Of a stretch of 32,000 nucleotides of DNA, positions 18,557 through 27,202 are shown piece after piece; the first letter of the stretch is position 1; every line of letters begins with the position of its first letter. Source of the stretch: Hyperthermus butylicus DSM 5456 (GTDB lineage: Archaea; Thermoproteota; Thermoprotei_A; Sulfolobales; Pyrodictiaceae). The position numbers and the translations under genes were made by a program. The stretch is taken from NCBI RefSeq assembly GCF_000015145.1, contig NC_008818.1:240001-272000 (forward strand). The letters run 5' to 3'. The notes beneath the pieces were generated by a model, which searched no databases, was not told where the DNA came from, and worked only from the letters and a program-made list of their open reading frames with translations.

Positions 18557-19039
18557 GTGCCTATCCTGGTAAAGATGGAGTACAAGTTTGTAACAGAGAA
18601 GAACACAACCACCCTCTTAATTCTCGATGCCAGGTTCTCAAGCAGGAAAGCCCAGCTATACTTCAAGACGTTTGACGTAGGCGAGTACCGGGGCGTAATG
18701 CCCGCCGAGTCTGTCCAGCAACTTTACAAGGCTATCCGCCAGCTTAGCAAAATAACTAGTGTAATGGTATCGCCAACAGGTACTGTGGAGGTTAACGGCA
18801 CCACATTTCAGGCCTACAATGCGAGAATAATCATTAATGGCACCGTGAGCTACCGTTATAGCCAGCTAGAGCTGCACTGTATAATTAAGGGCGTCTACGC
18901 CAAGATAGGCTCGCTACTCTACCCCCTAGATGTTAGGGTGAAGGAGTACCGTGCAGTGCTGACAAGTGGAGACACGTGTATTAGTATGGTGCTGGATACG
19001 CCGCTATACACCACTAGCAAGATATCGCCCGCCAGGTAA
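18557..19039 (+). CDS. Hypothetical protein
   Basis: 160 aa ORF starting with GTG immediately after an in-frame TGA; beta-rich composition (FVTEKNTTTLLILDARFSS...). Confidence 0.5.
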   Translation: MPILVKMEYKFVTEKNTTTLLILDARFSSRKAQLYFKTFDVGEYRGVMPAESVQQLYKAIRQLSKITSVMVSPTGTVEVNGTTFQAYNARIIINGTVSYRYSQLELHCIIKGVYAKIGSLLYPLDVRVKEYRAVLTSGDTCISMVLDTPLYTTSKISPAR

Positions 19040-19104
19040 CGGCTGCGTGATGACGGGAGGAAGCATACCCGGTGTTAGGGAGGGTGTGATAGGGTAGGAG
19101 AGCC

Positions 19105-19683
19105 TTGGCTAAGCTGGCACCCTGGATACCGACGCCGGTAAGCGTTGTCTATGCTGCATTGGAGGCTGCATGGGCCGGGCCATGCGATGTCGTCTACGAC
19201 CTTGGCTCCGGCGACGGCAGAGTAGTCGTTATCGCTGCCAGGGACTTCTGTGTAGAGAAGGCTGTGGGTGTGGAGATCGACCCGGCGCTGGTCGAGGTGT
19301 CAAAAGCCAAGGCTAGAATGGAGGGTGTTGCTGACCGTGTCGAGATTATCGAGGATAGCTTCTTCAATGTTAGCCTCCGCGGTGCCACACTGGTTTTCCT
19401 ATACCTCTACAAGAGCATAAACGAGCAGCTAAGGCCGAAGCTCGAAGAGGAGCTGGAACCAGGTGCGAGGGTTGTAACGATAGACTTCCCTGTGCCTGGC
19501 TGGCTCCCCGTGAGAGTGCGAAGGCTCCGCGACGAATCAGACATACTCCGAACAATCCATGTCTACGTGATAGGAATTAGTGATACACATTGGGCACGTC
19601 GAGGCATAGAATTGGGGGCAGCAACTTCACAGCTCACAGCGCTTACATGTAGGAAGATTTGTACAGCAAGATCGAAACAATAA
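19105..19683 (+). CDS. SAM-dependent methyltransferase (class I)
   Basis: CDVVYDLGSGDGRVVVIAARDF (motif I), AVGVEIDPALVEVSKAKARMEGVADRVEIIEDSFF. Confidence 0.87.
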   Translation: MAKLAPWIPTPVSVVYAALEAAWAGPCDVVYDLGSGDGRVVVIAARDFCVEKAVGVEIDPALVEVSKAKARMEGVADRVEIIEDSFFNVSLRGATLVFLYLYKSINEQLRPKLEEELEPGARVVTIDFPVPGWLPVRVRRLRDESDILRTIHVYVIGISDTHWARRGIELGAATSQLTALTCRKICTARSKQ

Positions 19684-19742
19684 CAGCGTAGTGCCGACTT
19701 GCAGGTCTGGCTGTGCCCCCGGTACCAGCCCCGTGTGCCGCA

Positions 19743-20819
19743 CTATACCACTTTAGCTATGAATATCCCGTCCTTATCGCGGATTATGCGTGCCAATACG
19801 ATGTCGCCAGGCTCCAGGCCCTTGGCTGCCACTATTGTTACGAGGCGCTGCCGGTCCATCGTCACTGCGAGCTTCTCGCCCCTCAGCCAGCCAGGCCCTG
19901 CAACTACCAGCTTTACACGCTGACCCGCCCGTATTGGATGCCGTACACGTGGCGCATACCTCATGCCCCACTCATCCATGCTCCATGTTAGCCTTACTCC
20001 TAGCTCCTCCTCCAGCCTCTTCATCTTCTCCCAGAACTTGTTCCAGGGTATCTCCCTCACGCCTGGCGGGTGCCTGCCGTAGCGGTGCCTGATATACTTC
20101 TGGATTGTTACCGGCGGCCACTTCTTCCCGGCACCGATCCTGTATGCCCACTTGACGATCTCCACTATATCGTCATCGTTTATCCCGGGGAGCCAGACTG
20201 GGGTTACGTGTAGGTCTATACTGGTCTCCCTAGCTATGTACTCTGCTAGCTCAATAACCCTCCGGACGTCGTACCAGGGGGTGCCGGCAAGCTTCCTAGC
20301 TTTCTCGGGGTTGAGGCTCTCTATGCTTAGGTTTACCCGGTCCAGCCCTGCTTCCTCGAGTTTGCCGATAAGCTCCTTTGTGAGGGTCTCCCCGTGCGTT
20401 TCAGCAGCTACACTTCTGACGACACCAGTCTCTTTCAGTAACTTCACGAGTCTTGGCAGCCAGGGGTAGGCGAATGGGTCACCAACACCGTCTATTAGTG
20501 CCTCGACGTGTACGCCCTTCTCAACTGCTACCTTGTGGACCCACCCTGCCAGCCACTCGGGCTCCACTATGTACTCTGCCTGGCGCCACCTGCTCCGAGG
20601 CCCTGCATCTACACTGCAGAAAATACAGCTCAGCGGACAGATCGTGGTAGGGCGCACTTGAAGCACGTTAGTGCCACGGTCTATTACACCGAACTGTATT
20701 ACGCCGATGAGGGGTAGGGGCTCGGTGACGAGGTATACTGGGCGGCCCCACACACGGCCCCAAAGCCGCAGACCTAGCGCCTCAACAACCTCCCTCACAG
20801 CCCCAGGCACACCCCACAA
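19743..20819 (-). CDS. Radical SAM protein with C-terminal TRAM-like domain
   Basis: TICPLSCIFCSVDAGPRSR (CxxxCxxC), HVEALIDGVGDPFAYP, and C-terminal RVKLVVAGPGWLRGEKLAVTMDRQRLVTIVAAKGLEPGDIVLARIIRDKDGIFIAKVV. Confidence 0.88.
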   Translation of the reverse strand: MWGVPGAVREVVEALGLRLWGRVWGRPVYLVTEPLPLIGVIQFGVIDRGTNVLQVRPTTICPLSCIFCSVDAGPRSRWRQAEYIVEPEWLAGWVHKVAVEKGVHVEALIDGVGDPFAYPWLPRLVKLLKETGVVRSVAAETHGETLTKELIGKLEEAGLDRVNLSIESLNPEKARKLAGTPWYDVRRVIELAEYIARETSIDLHVTPVWLPGINDDDIVEIVKWAYRIGAGKKWPPVTIQKYIRHRYGRHPPGVREIPWNKFWEKMKRLEEELGVRLTWSMDEWGMRYAPRVRHPIRAGQRVKLVVAGPGWLRGEKLAVTMDRQRLVTIVAAKGLEPGDIVLARIIRDKDGIFIAKVV

Positions 20820-20978
20820 TGATAATAGGACCTCCTTGCAGGCCTACGGGAGGACGTGCCGGTTCCACCCTTAAATTGATGCAGCGAGGGCAGGCAGTGC
20901 ATAGCTAGCAGGCAGACGGAGAAGGGCAAGGCCTATTTTCTACTCCTCACGCTCGCTGCCCATGGTGGTGTCCTCGGC

Positions 20979-21881
20979 TTGGCTCAGCTGCAGAAGCTCA
21001 GCAACCGGGTCTACCTTCTACCGGGAAGTCCTAACACCCTCATAGTGCTCGACAACGACAAGGCTTACGTTGTTGATCCAGGTATAGGGGATGGAAGGAC
21101 TGCGGCCATCGCGGAGGCTCTGGGGAGACTTAGAGCCGAGCTAGCGGGCATAGTGCTTACGCACGGACACACAGACCATCTTGCAGCTGGCCTGGAGCTT
21201 GTAAGGCCTGGTGTGGAGGTGTATGCTCACCGGTATTGTGTACCGCTAGTGGAGAGCATGGAGGCTAGGTTCTTGCTAGTCTACAGTGGCCTCGTAACGG
21301 CTGAACTTGCCTCCATGCCGCTGGTGACCCTTGGCGTTACCTCGCCGTTTGACTGGGGCCACCAGCTGCCAGCAGGGATGAAGACTCTCGACCTTCACGG
21401 CCACACTCCAGGTCACACAGGGATACTGCTAGAGGAGGACCACATCGCGGCTGCTGGCGACGCTGTTCTCGGCGAGAAAGTGTTGTCTAGGTTCGGCATA
21501 CCCTTCGCCAGCAACCTCCGCGAGTGGTATGAGAGGCTGCCAACCCTCCGTGAGCTAGCCGAGGCGGGTTACACCATAGTACCAGGCCACGGTCCGGTAG
21601 CTGGCGGCAGCAGAGCACGTTCCATGGTCGAGGCCAACATGGCCGCGGTCGAGAGAGTCTACAACTACGTGCTAGACAAGATAAGGGAAATGGGTGGAGC
21701 AACCGTGGAGAAGCTCACAGTTATGGCTACCAGGGATCTCTCAGCCGTGGAGCCCACGCCGAGACAGTTGATGCTCAACAGAACAGCAATACACTCCATA
21801 CTAGCCTGGCTCCACGAAGAAGGCAAGGTGGAACCCATAGCTAGCGATGAGGGCGTTGTGTGGAAGCCGAAGCAGCTCTGA
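20979..21881 (+). CDS. MBL-fold metallo-hydrolase
   Basis: GIVLTHGHTDHLAAGLEL, LDLHGHTPGHTGILLE, VVPGHGPVAGG. Confidence 0.92.
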   Translation: MAQLQKLSNRVYLLPGSPNTLIVLDNDKAYVVDPGIGDGRTAAIAEALGRLRAELAGIVLTHGHTDHLAAGLELVRPGVEVYAHRYCVPLVESMEARFLLVYSGLVTAELASMPLVTLGVTSPFDWGHQLPAGMKTLDLHGHTPGHTGILLEEDHIAAAGDAVLGEKVLSRFGIPFASNLREWYERLPTLRELAEAGYTIVPGHGPVAGGSRARSMVEANMAAVERVYNYVLDKIREMGGATVEKLTVMATRDLSAVEPTPRQLMLNRTAIHSILAWLHEEGKVEPIASDEGVVWKPKQL

Positions 21882-21896
21882 GCTGCGCAACGCAGC
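21882..21896 (+). other. Short perfect hairpin directly after the MBL stop codon
   Basis: GCTGCG-CAA-CGCAGC. Confidence 0.3.
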
Positions 21897-22114
21897 CGAG
21901 ATACGTTACGGGATCCCCCAAGCCGGGACTGTCCGTCACACACCACATCTCCAAGATCTATTTCGCCTAGCTTGGAGCCTTACGCTGGCCAGCTATGCCC
22001 TCCTCTGTACTTGTGCAGCTTCTGGCCTAGCTGACACTATCCATACATTAGCATCATGCACCTCTGCACTGCTGCCTAGGTGTTTTCGCTATTTCCATCG
22101 CTAGCCGGCTGCTC

Positions 22115-22891
22115 CTAGCCCTGGAGTATGCGGGGGCCGCTGCTGTCTACAAGTATCACTGTACCTACGTGGGCTTCTATGAGCATGTCGGGGTACATTT
22201 CCCCTATCACCCTCTTTATAATGTCCCCGCTGCAGTGTATTGGGGCTGCCTTCTCTACGCCGAGCTCGCGGAGCCTAGAGACGATCCTCATGTTGTCCCC
22301 GATGGGTGCCCCAAGCGTGTGGAAGCCGCCGATGACGAATCTTACTGGTTCTCCGAGGACATCTATTGCCTCTTCTACTAGGCGGTCTACGCCTGTATGG
22401 CTACAGCCAACGAGGAGCACCACGCCATAACCTGATACGTTGATTGCTAGTGCTGACTCCCATGGTGGGCCGTAGAGGGGCTCTAGGAGGATTATGCCTG
22501 GCGCTATCACGGTGGTGTTGAGCACTATGTTATCTGCAGGGGTGCCCGGTGGCCCATAGCTCTCCACGCCAGGGTTGTCGAGTAGGATTGCCCAATAGCC
22601 GCCGGTGTGGTCTCTGTGAAAGTGACTAAACACCACAATGTCTATGTTGGAAAGGTTTACCCCGGCCTTCTCCGCATTGGCGCGTAGCACTGTTGGCGAG
22701 GGCCCTGTGTCGAAGAGAATCAGCTTCTTCGGGGTCTCTACTAGTATTGCAATGCCCCAGGCGCCCCTAAACCCGTCCCAGTCGTTATTGTCTACGAGCA
22801 CGGTGAGCTTAACCCACTCCACGCTACCAGCCTCCATCCGGGTCCCCCCATCTTCCAGCACACCTGTCCGGGTTTGTGTCTGGGACTCCAC
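22115..22891 (-). CDS. MBL-fold metallo-hydrolase (similar to the dihydropterin/methanopterin phosphate synthase-like group)
   Basis: WGIAILVETPKKLILFDTGPS, DIVVFSHFHRDHTGGYWAIL, LLVGCSHTGVDRLVEEA, VIGGFHTLGAP, PIHCSGD. The start may be an internal Met/Val. Confidence 0.85.
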   Translation of the reverse strand: MESQTQTRTGVLEDGGTRMEAGSVEWVKLTVLVDNNDWDGFRGAWGIAILVETPKKLILFDTGPSPTVLRANAEKAGVNLSNIDIVVFSHFHRDHTGGYWAILLDNPGVESYGPPGTPADNIVLNTTVIAPGIILLEPLYGPPWESALAINVSGYGVVLLVGCSHTGVDRLVEEAIDVLGEPVRFVIGGFHTLGAPIGDNMRIVSRLRELGVEKAAPIHCSGDIIKRVIGEMYPDMLIEAHVGTVILVDSSGPRILQG

Positions 22892-23621
22892 CGTAGTAGT
22901 TTATGGTGGGTGCACGGCTAGCGCTGGGGCTATAAACACAATATGGCTTGTGGCAGGCCAGCCAAGGGAGTCATACATTCTACCAGTTCTCGTAGACTGT
23001 GTTGACGCCGAGAGAGCCGACGGCGCCATGGGGCTTCTAGCGACAAACCTTCCCTAGGTATACCGCCTGCTAGGCCTCAGTGCCTACGATCTGCTGGTGC
23101 TCTACATGGATCTCCTCGGTGGCGACATTGACACCGCTCTGGAGGTGTTGAGGGATCTGGGGCTCGAGCCGGTGCTTCTCCAGAGGCGCAAGCCATGGCA
23201 ACTCTCTGCCGGCCAGCTCAAGGCCTATACTACAGCTGCCGCGCTAGCCTCGAAAACCTCTAACGTGCTCCTCGACGAGCCATTCGAGCAGCTTGACCCG
23301 GCTAGGAAGCTCAGGATGCTCCGCCGGCTCCGCAGCTACCAGGGCACCCTAGTGCTAAGCACTCATGAGACATGGGTGCTGAACCAGCTACGCGACTGGA
23401 GCGTCTACATAATGTTCTCGGGAAGGCTCTACGGCCCCGTAGAGGCCTCAAGACTAGCTAAGGCCAGGATTGTGGCGGGGAGGAGGGCTGACGCTCTCCT
23501 CGTAGTGGAGACGGGGGAGGGCTCAGTGAGCTTCGTAGAGTCTGGCGAGGGCCGCCCGGTCTCTGAGATACTCACCCTAGACCGTGTATATGAGCTGTTT
23601 GCGGGGAGTGCAGCTAGTTGA
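22872..23621 (+). pseudogene. Degenerate ABC transporter ATPase; intact part 23058/23097-23621, upstream part separated by an in-frame TAG (23055-23057)
   Basis: The same reading frame gives VCVWDSTVVVYGGCTASAGAINTIWLVAG...GLLATNLP*VYRLLGLSAYDLLVLYMDLLGG...WQLSAGQLKAYTTAAAL (signature), NVLLDEPFEQLD (Walker B), LVLSTHE (H-loop). The Lys-containing Walker A is absent. Confidence 0.7.
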
Positions 23622-24465
23622 CACTATACTTGGTTTACAAGGTTAGGAGCGTACTCCTAAACCCCGCTGTGATAGTATGGGCTATACTCTTCGTGCTATT
23701 CTGGGTCGTGATGGCCGTTTATATCTTTGGGGCTGGCTGCTGGAGAAGAGGGGTGAGCCATGGTACCGCTACGCCGTCGAGAGCTACGTGTCCACGATGT
23801 ATGCTAGCCTTGGCTTCATATCGATGGGCTCTACTGCTACAAGCCTGGCCTCTGCCATACCATACGCCTCAGCCGTAATAAGGTACGTGACAAGGTTTAC
23901 CAGGCTCAACTCTAAGCTGTTCGTGGTGGAGGATCTCGCCTCAAGCATTACAGCCCTCGTAGCCACTGCCTCCACGATAATAGTCTCGACTGTGCTCCTC
24001 GCCTGGCAGCGCTACGGCATCCTCGTAGTGCCCGAGAACCCGTTCGGGCTCCTAGCAGTACTCGTGGTGCTCGGCATCTTCTACTACTTGCTGGCAGTAA
24101 TGCTGGGATTTGCAGCGCTGGCAGCTGGCTACTCTAGGTTTAAGCATGCACTAGTCATGCTGCCCCCGCTGCTATCGTTTATCCCCTACGCCGCGCTCTT
24201 CGTGGACGTGGGCAATAGCATTGGCTACATCTACCCGGCCTCTGGGCTTGTGGCACTGGCCATAGGTTATGCAAGCGGGGAGACGCCACCAGCAAGCGGT
24301 ATCCTAGAGTGGACCGCTACCTGGCCACACACTGGCTTCAAGCCCGTAGACCCGCTACTCGTAGCAGTCTCGACAGCGACCTGGCTAGCACTGATGACCG
24401 CTGCCTCCGTGGTGCTGGTACGCCGGTCTAAGAGCGTCTCTGTGGAGGAGGTTGGGCCCCTCTAG
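23618..24465 (+). pseudogene. ABC-type permease-like membrane protein, frameshifted near 23729-23732
   Basis: Frame 1: MTLYLVYKVRSVLLNPAVIVWAILFVLFWVVMAVYIFG. Frame 2: WLLEKRGEPWYRYAVESYVSTMYASLGFISMGSTATSL... Adding one G to the GGGG run joins them as VYIFGGWLLEKRGE. The TTG start overlaps the ATPase stop by 4 nt. Confidence 0.7.
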
Positions 24466-25462
24466 GCTCACCATATGCATCGCCAGTAAGCTCTGATAAT
24501 ATGAGCCTGGTGTTCTCTCTTATTTGTCTAAGCCCGACAGGCTCTGGAGGCGCTCCCGGTTCTACTGGCGAGCCTAGGGCTAGGAGTGCAGCTACAACCA
24601 CAGCTGCAGCTGCTGCTAGTGGTGCAAAGCCTCCCAGGTCGGATAGCTTGGAGGCTAGTGCTGCTGGTAGTACTGCGAGTAGCCTCGAGACGACAAAAGT
24701 GAGCGCTGATACGTCGAGCCTTGCGTACTCGTAGTGGGCCACATCGTAAACGATTGTACAACCACGCCTAGCAACCATTCCCACGAGGCTCATGGCCAGA
24801 CTGTGCGTTGACGGGAGCCCGTCGTAGCCGTTGAATAGGAAGTTTGCGAAAATGCTGGAGTCCCCGACAACGAGCAACCTCGATCCGTTATTCTCGTAGA
24901 CTACTGCGATTGGCACCCACCCATCCGCGGTGAGTGCCCAGCAAACCGGGACACTGCCAGGTCCAGGCTCAACTCTCGCAACCTTCGACGAGACTATCAG
25001 CGTGCCATTACAGTTTACGAGAACCATGTAGGGATGCGGGGTTGTACTCGGCTTCGCGGCCACCAGGCCTGCTATGCGGCCAGCTCCGAGGACCTCGAGT
25101 AATGGGTTAGCATTACCTGTCTCGTCTGCAATGAGCATCGAGACCCTCCCCTCCCGGTACAGCTCTGCAAGCCACGCCGCCTCCCCGTGCTTGATGGGCT
25201 TGTCGGGCCCGATGAGAAGGTATGTTGTACACCAGCCTGGCTGGATGGTCTCGGGGCCCCCGAGCTGGACCGGATAGCGGGCAGCTAGCTCGTTGTAGAA
25301 GCTGCTTGAGCCTGTGAGGAAGCTGTTCTCCGGGCTCGTGGAGAGTATCGAGGTTACACGGGCCTCGAGGCCTACACTGGCGAGTCCGAGGACACCGGTA
25401 ATGGCTAGGAGGGCGAGGAATAGGAGCCTATAGCTCTCTAGCCAGCCTCCAAGCCTCATCAA
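24428..25462 (-). CDS. DUF4350-like membrane protein (GldG-like auxiliary type)
   Basis: N-terminal TM, SRLLVVGDSSIFANFLFNGYDGLPSTHSLAMSLV, a C-terminal TM and cytoplasmic tail; overlaps the permease 3' end in convergent orientation. Confidence 0.7.
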   Translation of the reverse strand: MMRLGGWLESYRLLFLALLAITGVLGLASVGLEARVTSILSTSPENSFLTGSSSFYNELAARYPVQLGGPETIQPGWCTTYLLIGPDKPIKHGEAAWLAELYREGRVSMLIADETGNANPLLEVLGAGRIAGLVAAKPSTTPHPYMVLVNCNGTLIVSSKVARVEPGPGSVPVCWALTADGWVPIAVVYENNGSRLLVVGDSSIFANFLFNGYDGLPSTHSLAMSLVGMVARRGCTIVYDVAHYEYARLDVSALTFVVSRLLAVLPAALASKLSDLGGFAPLAAAAAVVVAALLALGSPVEPGAPPEPVGLRQIRENTRLILSELTGDAYGEPRGAQPPPQRRS

Positions 25463-25976
25463 CTACACCACGCGGCGGGCCGCGCCTCGAGTACATGTGG
25501 TCCCGGTATAACCTTGCCACCCGGGCAGCAGACCCCAACCCGTGCCTCCTAGCAGCCTCGCCCACCTCACCCGCAGTAGCGCCATGCGGCAGGTAGAGCC
25601 CGTGCCTACGGAGAGCCTCGAGCACCCGCAAGTAGGCCCGCCTCAGCTCGAGCCTCAGCCCCTCATACCTGTAGCCCGGCGGGACCATGTATGTGCTACG
25701 TGGTTGCGGCATGCCAGCCTCCGGAAGCTGTGTTGTGCGCGCAGAGAGCCTGGATACTACGAGGAGAAGCGCCACCACAGCGAGGCCAACCACGAGGGCT
25801 ATGAGCCCAGCTAGCCACGGATCCATACCACTCCCGCCGCCGGCATACTGTACAGCTACACCTGTTGTCTCGGGCTGCACTGCCGACGCGTTGCCCGGCA
25901 CGAAGCTCGTGGGTGCTGCTGGCTGTTGCTGTAGGAGGTCTGGAATGTAGTGGTGAGGGGTCTCAATCCCGGGCAT
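25428..25976 (-). CDS. DUF4129-like membrane protein
   Basis: TM helix WLAGLIALVVGLAVVALLLVV, then GYRYEGLRLELRRAYLRVLEALRRHGLYLPHGATAGEVGEAARRHG, resembling DUF4129 C-terminal regions. Upstream of the DUF4350-like ORF on the same strand. Confidence 0.6.
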   Translation of the reverse strand: MPGIETPHHYIPDLLQQQPAAPTSFVPGNASAVQPETTGVAVQYAGGGSGMDPWLAGLIALVVGLAVVALLLVVSRLSARTTQLPEAGMPQPRSTYMVPPGYRYEGLRLELRRAYLRVLEALRRHGLYLPHGATAGEVGEAARRHGLGSAARVARLYRDHMYSRRGPPRGVVDEAWRLAREL

Positions 25977-26052
25977 GATTGTTCGCCGCAGGGCCCCACC
26001 GCTAACCCTCTATCCGCCCCCCTTAAGGGGGCTAGGCCTGGTGTAGCCCGGG

Positions 26053-27156
26053 TTGGCGGGATACAAGCCGCGTATAAGATCCGTAACGCTTCACGCCATC
26101 GTTGATGACTGGGAAAGCTGGGAGGACATAGCCAAGACGTTAACACGGGCTACGAGGACTGCTAGGAGGCTCCGCGCAATTTTCGAGGAGACTACAGGCC
26201 TCGAGGTCTGGACTGTCCGGGTTGCACTACCACCTATGGGGAGGCGAAGGAGCTACGTAGACTCTCTCGTCGAGGCCCTGAAGAGGGCAGAGCTGGACAA
26301 GGATATCCTCTACGCTGTCTACCACCGCGATGCCTACAGCGCAGACGTCGATGAGGTCAAAAAGGTTCTATCCGTTGCGGGTAACGTCTATGCCAGCGTG
26401 TCAGCGCCCGAGCCCATGCCAGAGGCTGTTAAGCTGCTACACGGCCTTGCACTACTAGGCCCAGACATGTCGGCGAGGGTCGCGGTCACAGTGCCAGACC
26501 ACGTTGAGACACCATACTTCCCCGCTGCAGCGACGCTCTCCTCCACTCCTGGCATATCAGTAGCCCTCCTCTACCCCGGCCTCCTGAGGGGCCGCGACTG
26601 GGCAGAGGCGCTAGTAGATCTCCTAGAGGCGGTGTCCCGGGTTGAGGATGCAGCCGCCCGTGCTGCCGAGGAGTTCGACCTCGACTTCTACGGTGTAGAT
26701 CTCTCGCTCTCTCCATGGATGGAGGATAGTGTGGCGGCTGTGGTTGAGGAGACTCTCGACGACCGAATCGGGGCACCGGGTACGATGTCCGTTATAGCAG
26801 CGCTGGAGAGCTTTATAGAGGAGGCTTGCGAGGAGACCATGTGTACGGGGTTTAACCAGGTAATGCTCCCCGTGGCGGAGGATAATATTCTCAAGCAGCG
26901 GGTGGGAGAAGGAGCGATAACCCTCCGAGACTTGCTAACATACACTTATGCTTGCATAGCAGGCCTGGACCTGCCCGTAGTGCCGCGCCAGGACTGGAGC
27001 GAAACCCTTGCAGCCAGGATAATCAACGAGCTAGCGGCAGCAAGCTACCGGAAGGGCGCGCCTCTCGGCGCACGCGTAATAGTAGCCGACGCTGAGCCAG
27101 GTAGCAACGTGGAGTTGCCCAGGTTCGGCAAGACACCAGTGATAAGAATACAGTAG
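26053..27156 (+). CDS. DUF711 / UPF0210 family protein
   Basis: KPRIRSVTLHAIVDDWESWEDIAKTL, ETPYFPAAATLSSTPGISVALLYPGLL, TGFNQVMLPVAEDNILKQRVGEGAITLRDLLTYTYACIAGLDLPVV. Confidence 0.83.
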   Translation: MAGYKPRIRSVTLHAIVDDWESWEDIAKTLTRATRTARRLRAIFEETTGLEVWTVRVALPPMGRRRSYVDSLVEALKRAELDKDILYAVYHRDAYSADVDEVKKVLSVAGNVYASVSAPEPMPEAVKLLHGLALLGPDMSARVAVTVPDHVETPYFPAAATLSSTPGISVALLYPGLLRGRDWAEALVDLLEAVSRVEDAAARAAEEFDLDFYGVDLSLSPWMEDSVAAVVEETLDDRIGAPGTMSVIAALESFIEEACEETMCTGFNQVMLPVAEDNILKQRVGEGAITLRDLLTYTYACIAGLDLPVVPRQDWSETLAARIINELAAASYRKGAPLGARVIVADAEPGSNVELPRFGKTPVIRIQ

Positions 27157-27202
27157 CCGCCACGTAGAAGGTAAAAGCCGTAGCTTAGAAGCCTTTGCTC
27201 CC

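Noticed and set aside
18421-18666. 81 aa minus-strand ORF with hydrophobic stretches
   Set aside because: Overlaps plus-strand coding-like sequence; hydrophobicity follows from AT-rich antisense sequence.
21665-21946. 93 aa minus-strand ORF opposite the MBL gene (also 21487..21702 -)
   Set aside because: Antisense to a clearly coding MBL-fold gene, with no recognisable motif; typical shadow ORFs.
22638-22871. Upstream part of the 22638..23057 plus-strand ORF
   Set aside because: Antisense to the clearly coding minus-strand MBL gene; only the portion after about 22872 looks ABC-like.
23055-23057. TAG in the ABC ATPase frame as a pyrrolysine codon
   Set aside because: No Pyl machinery is visible and none is expected in this lineage; the neighbouring permease frameshift makes decay or sequence error more likely.
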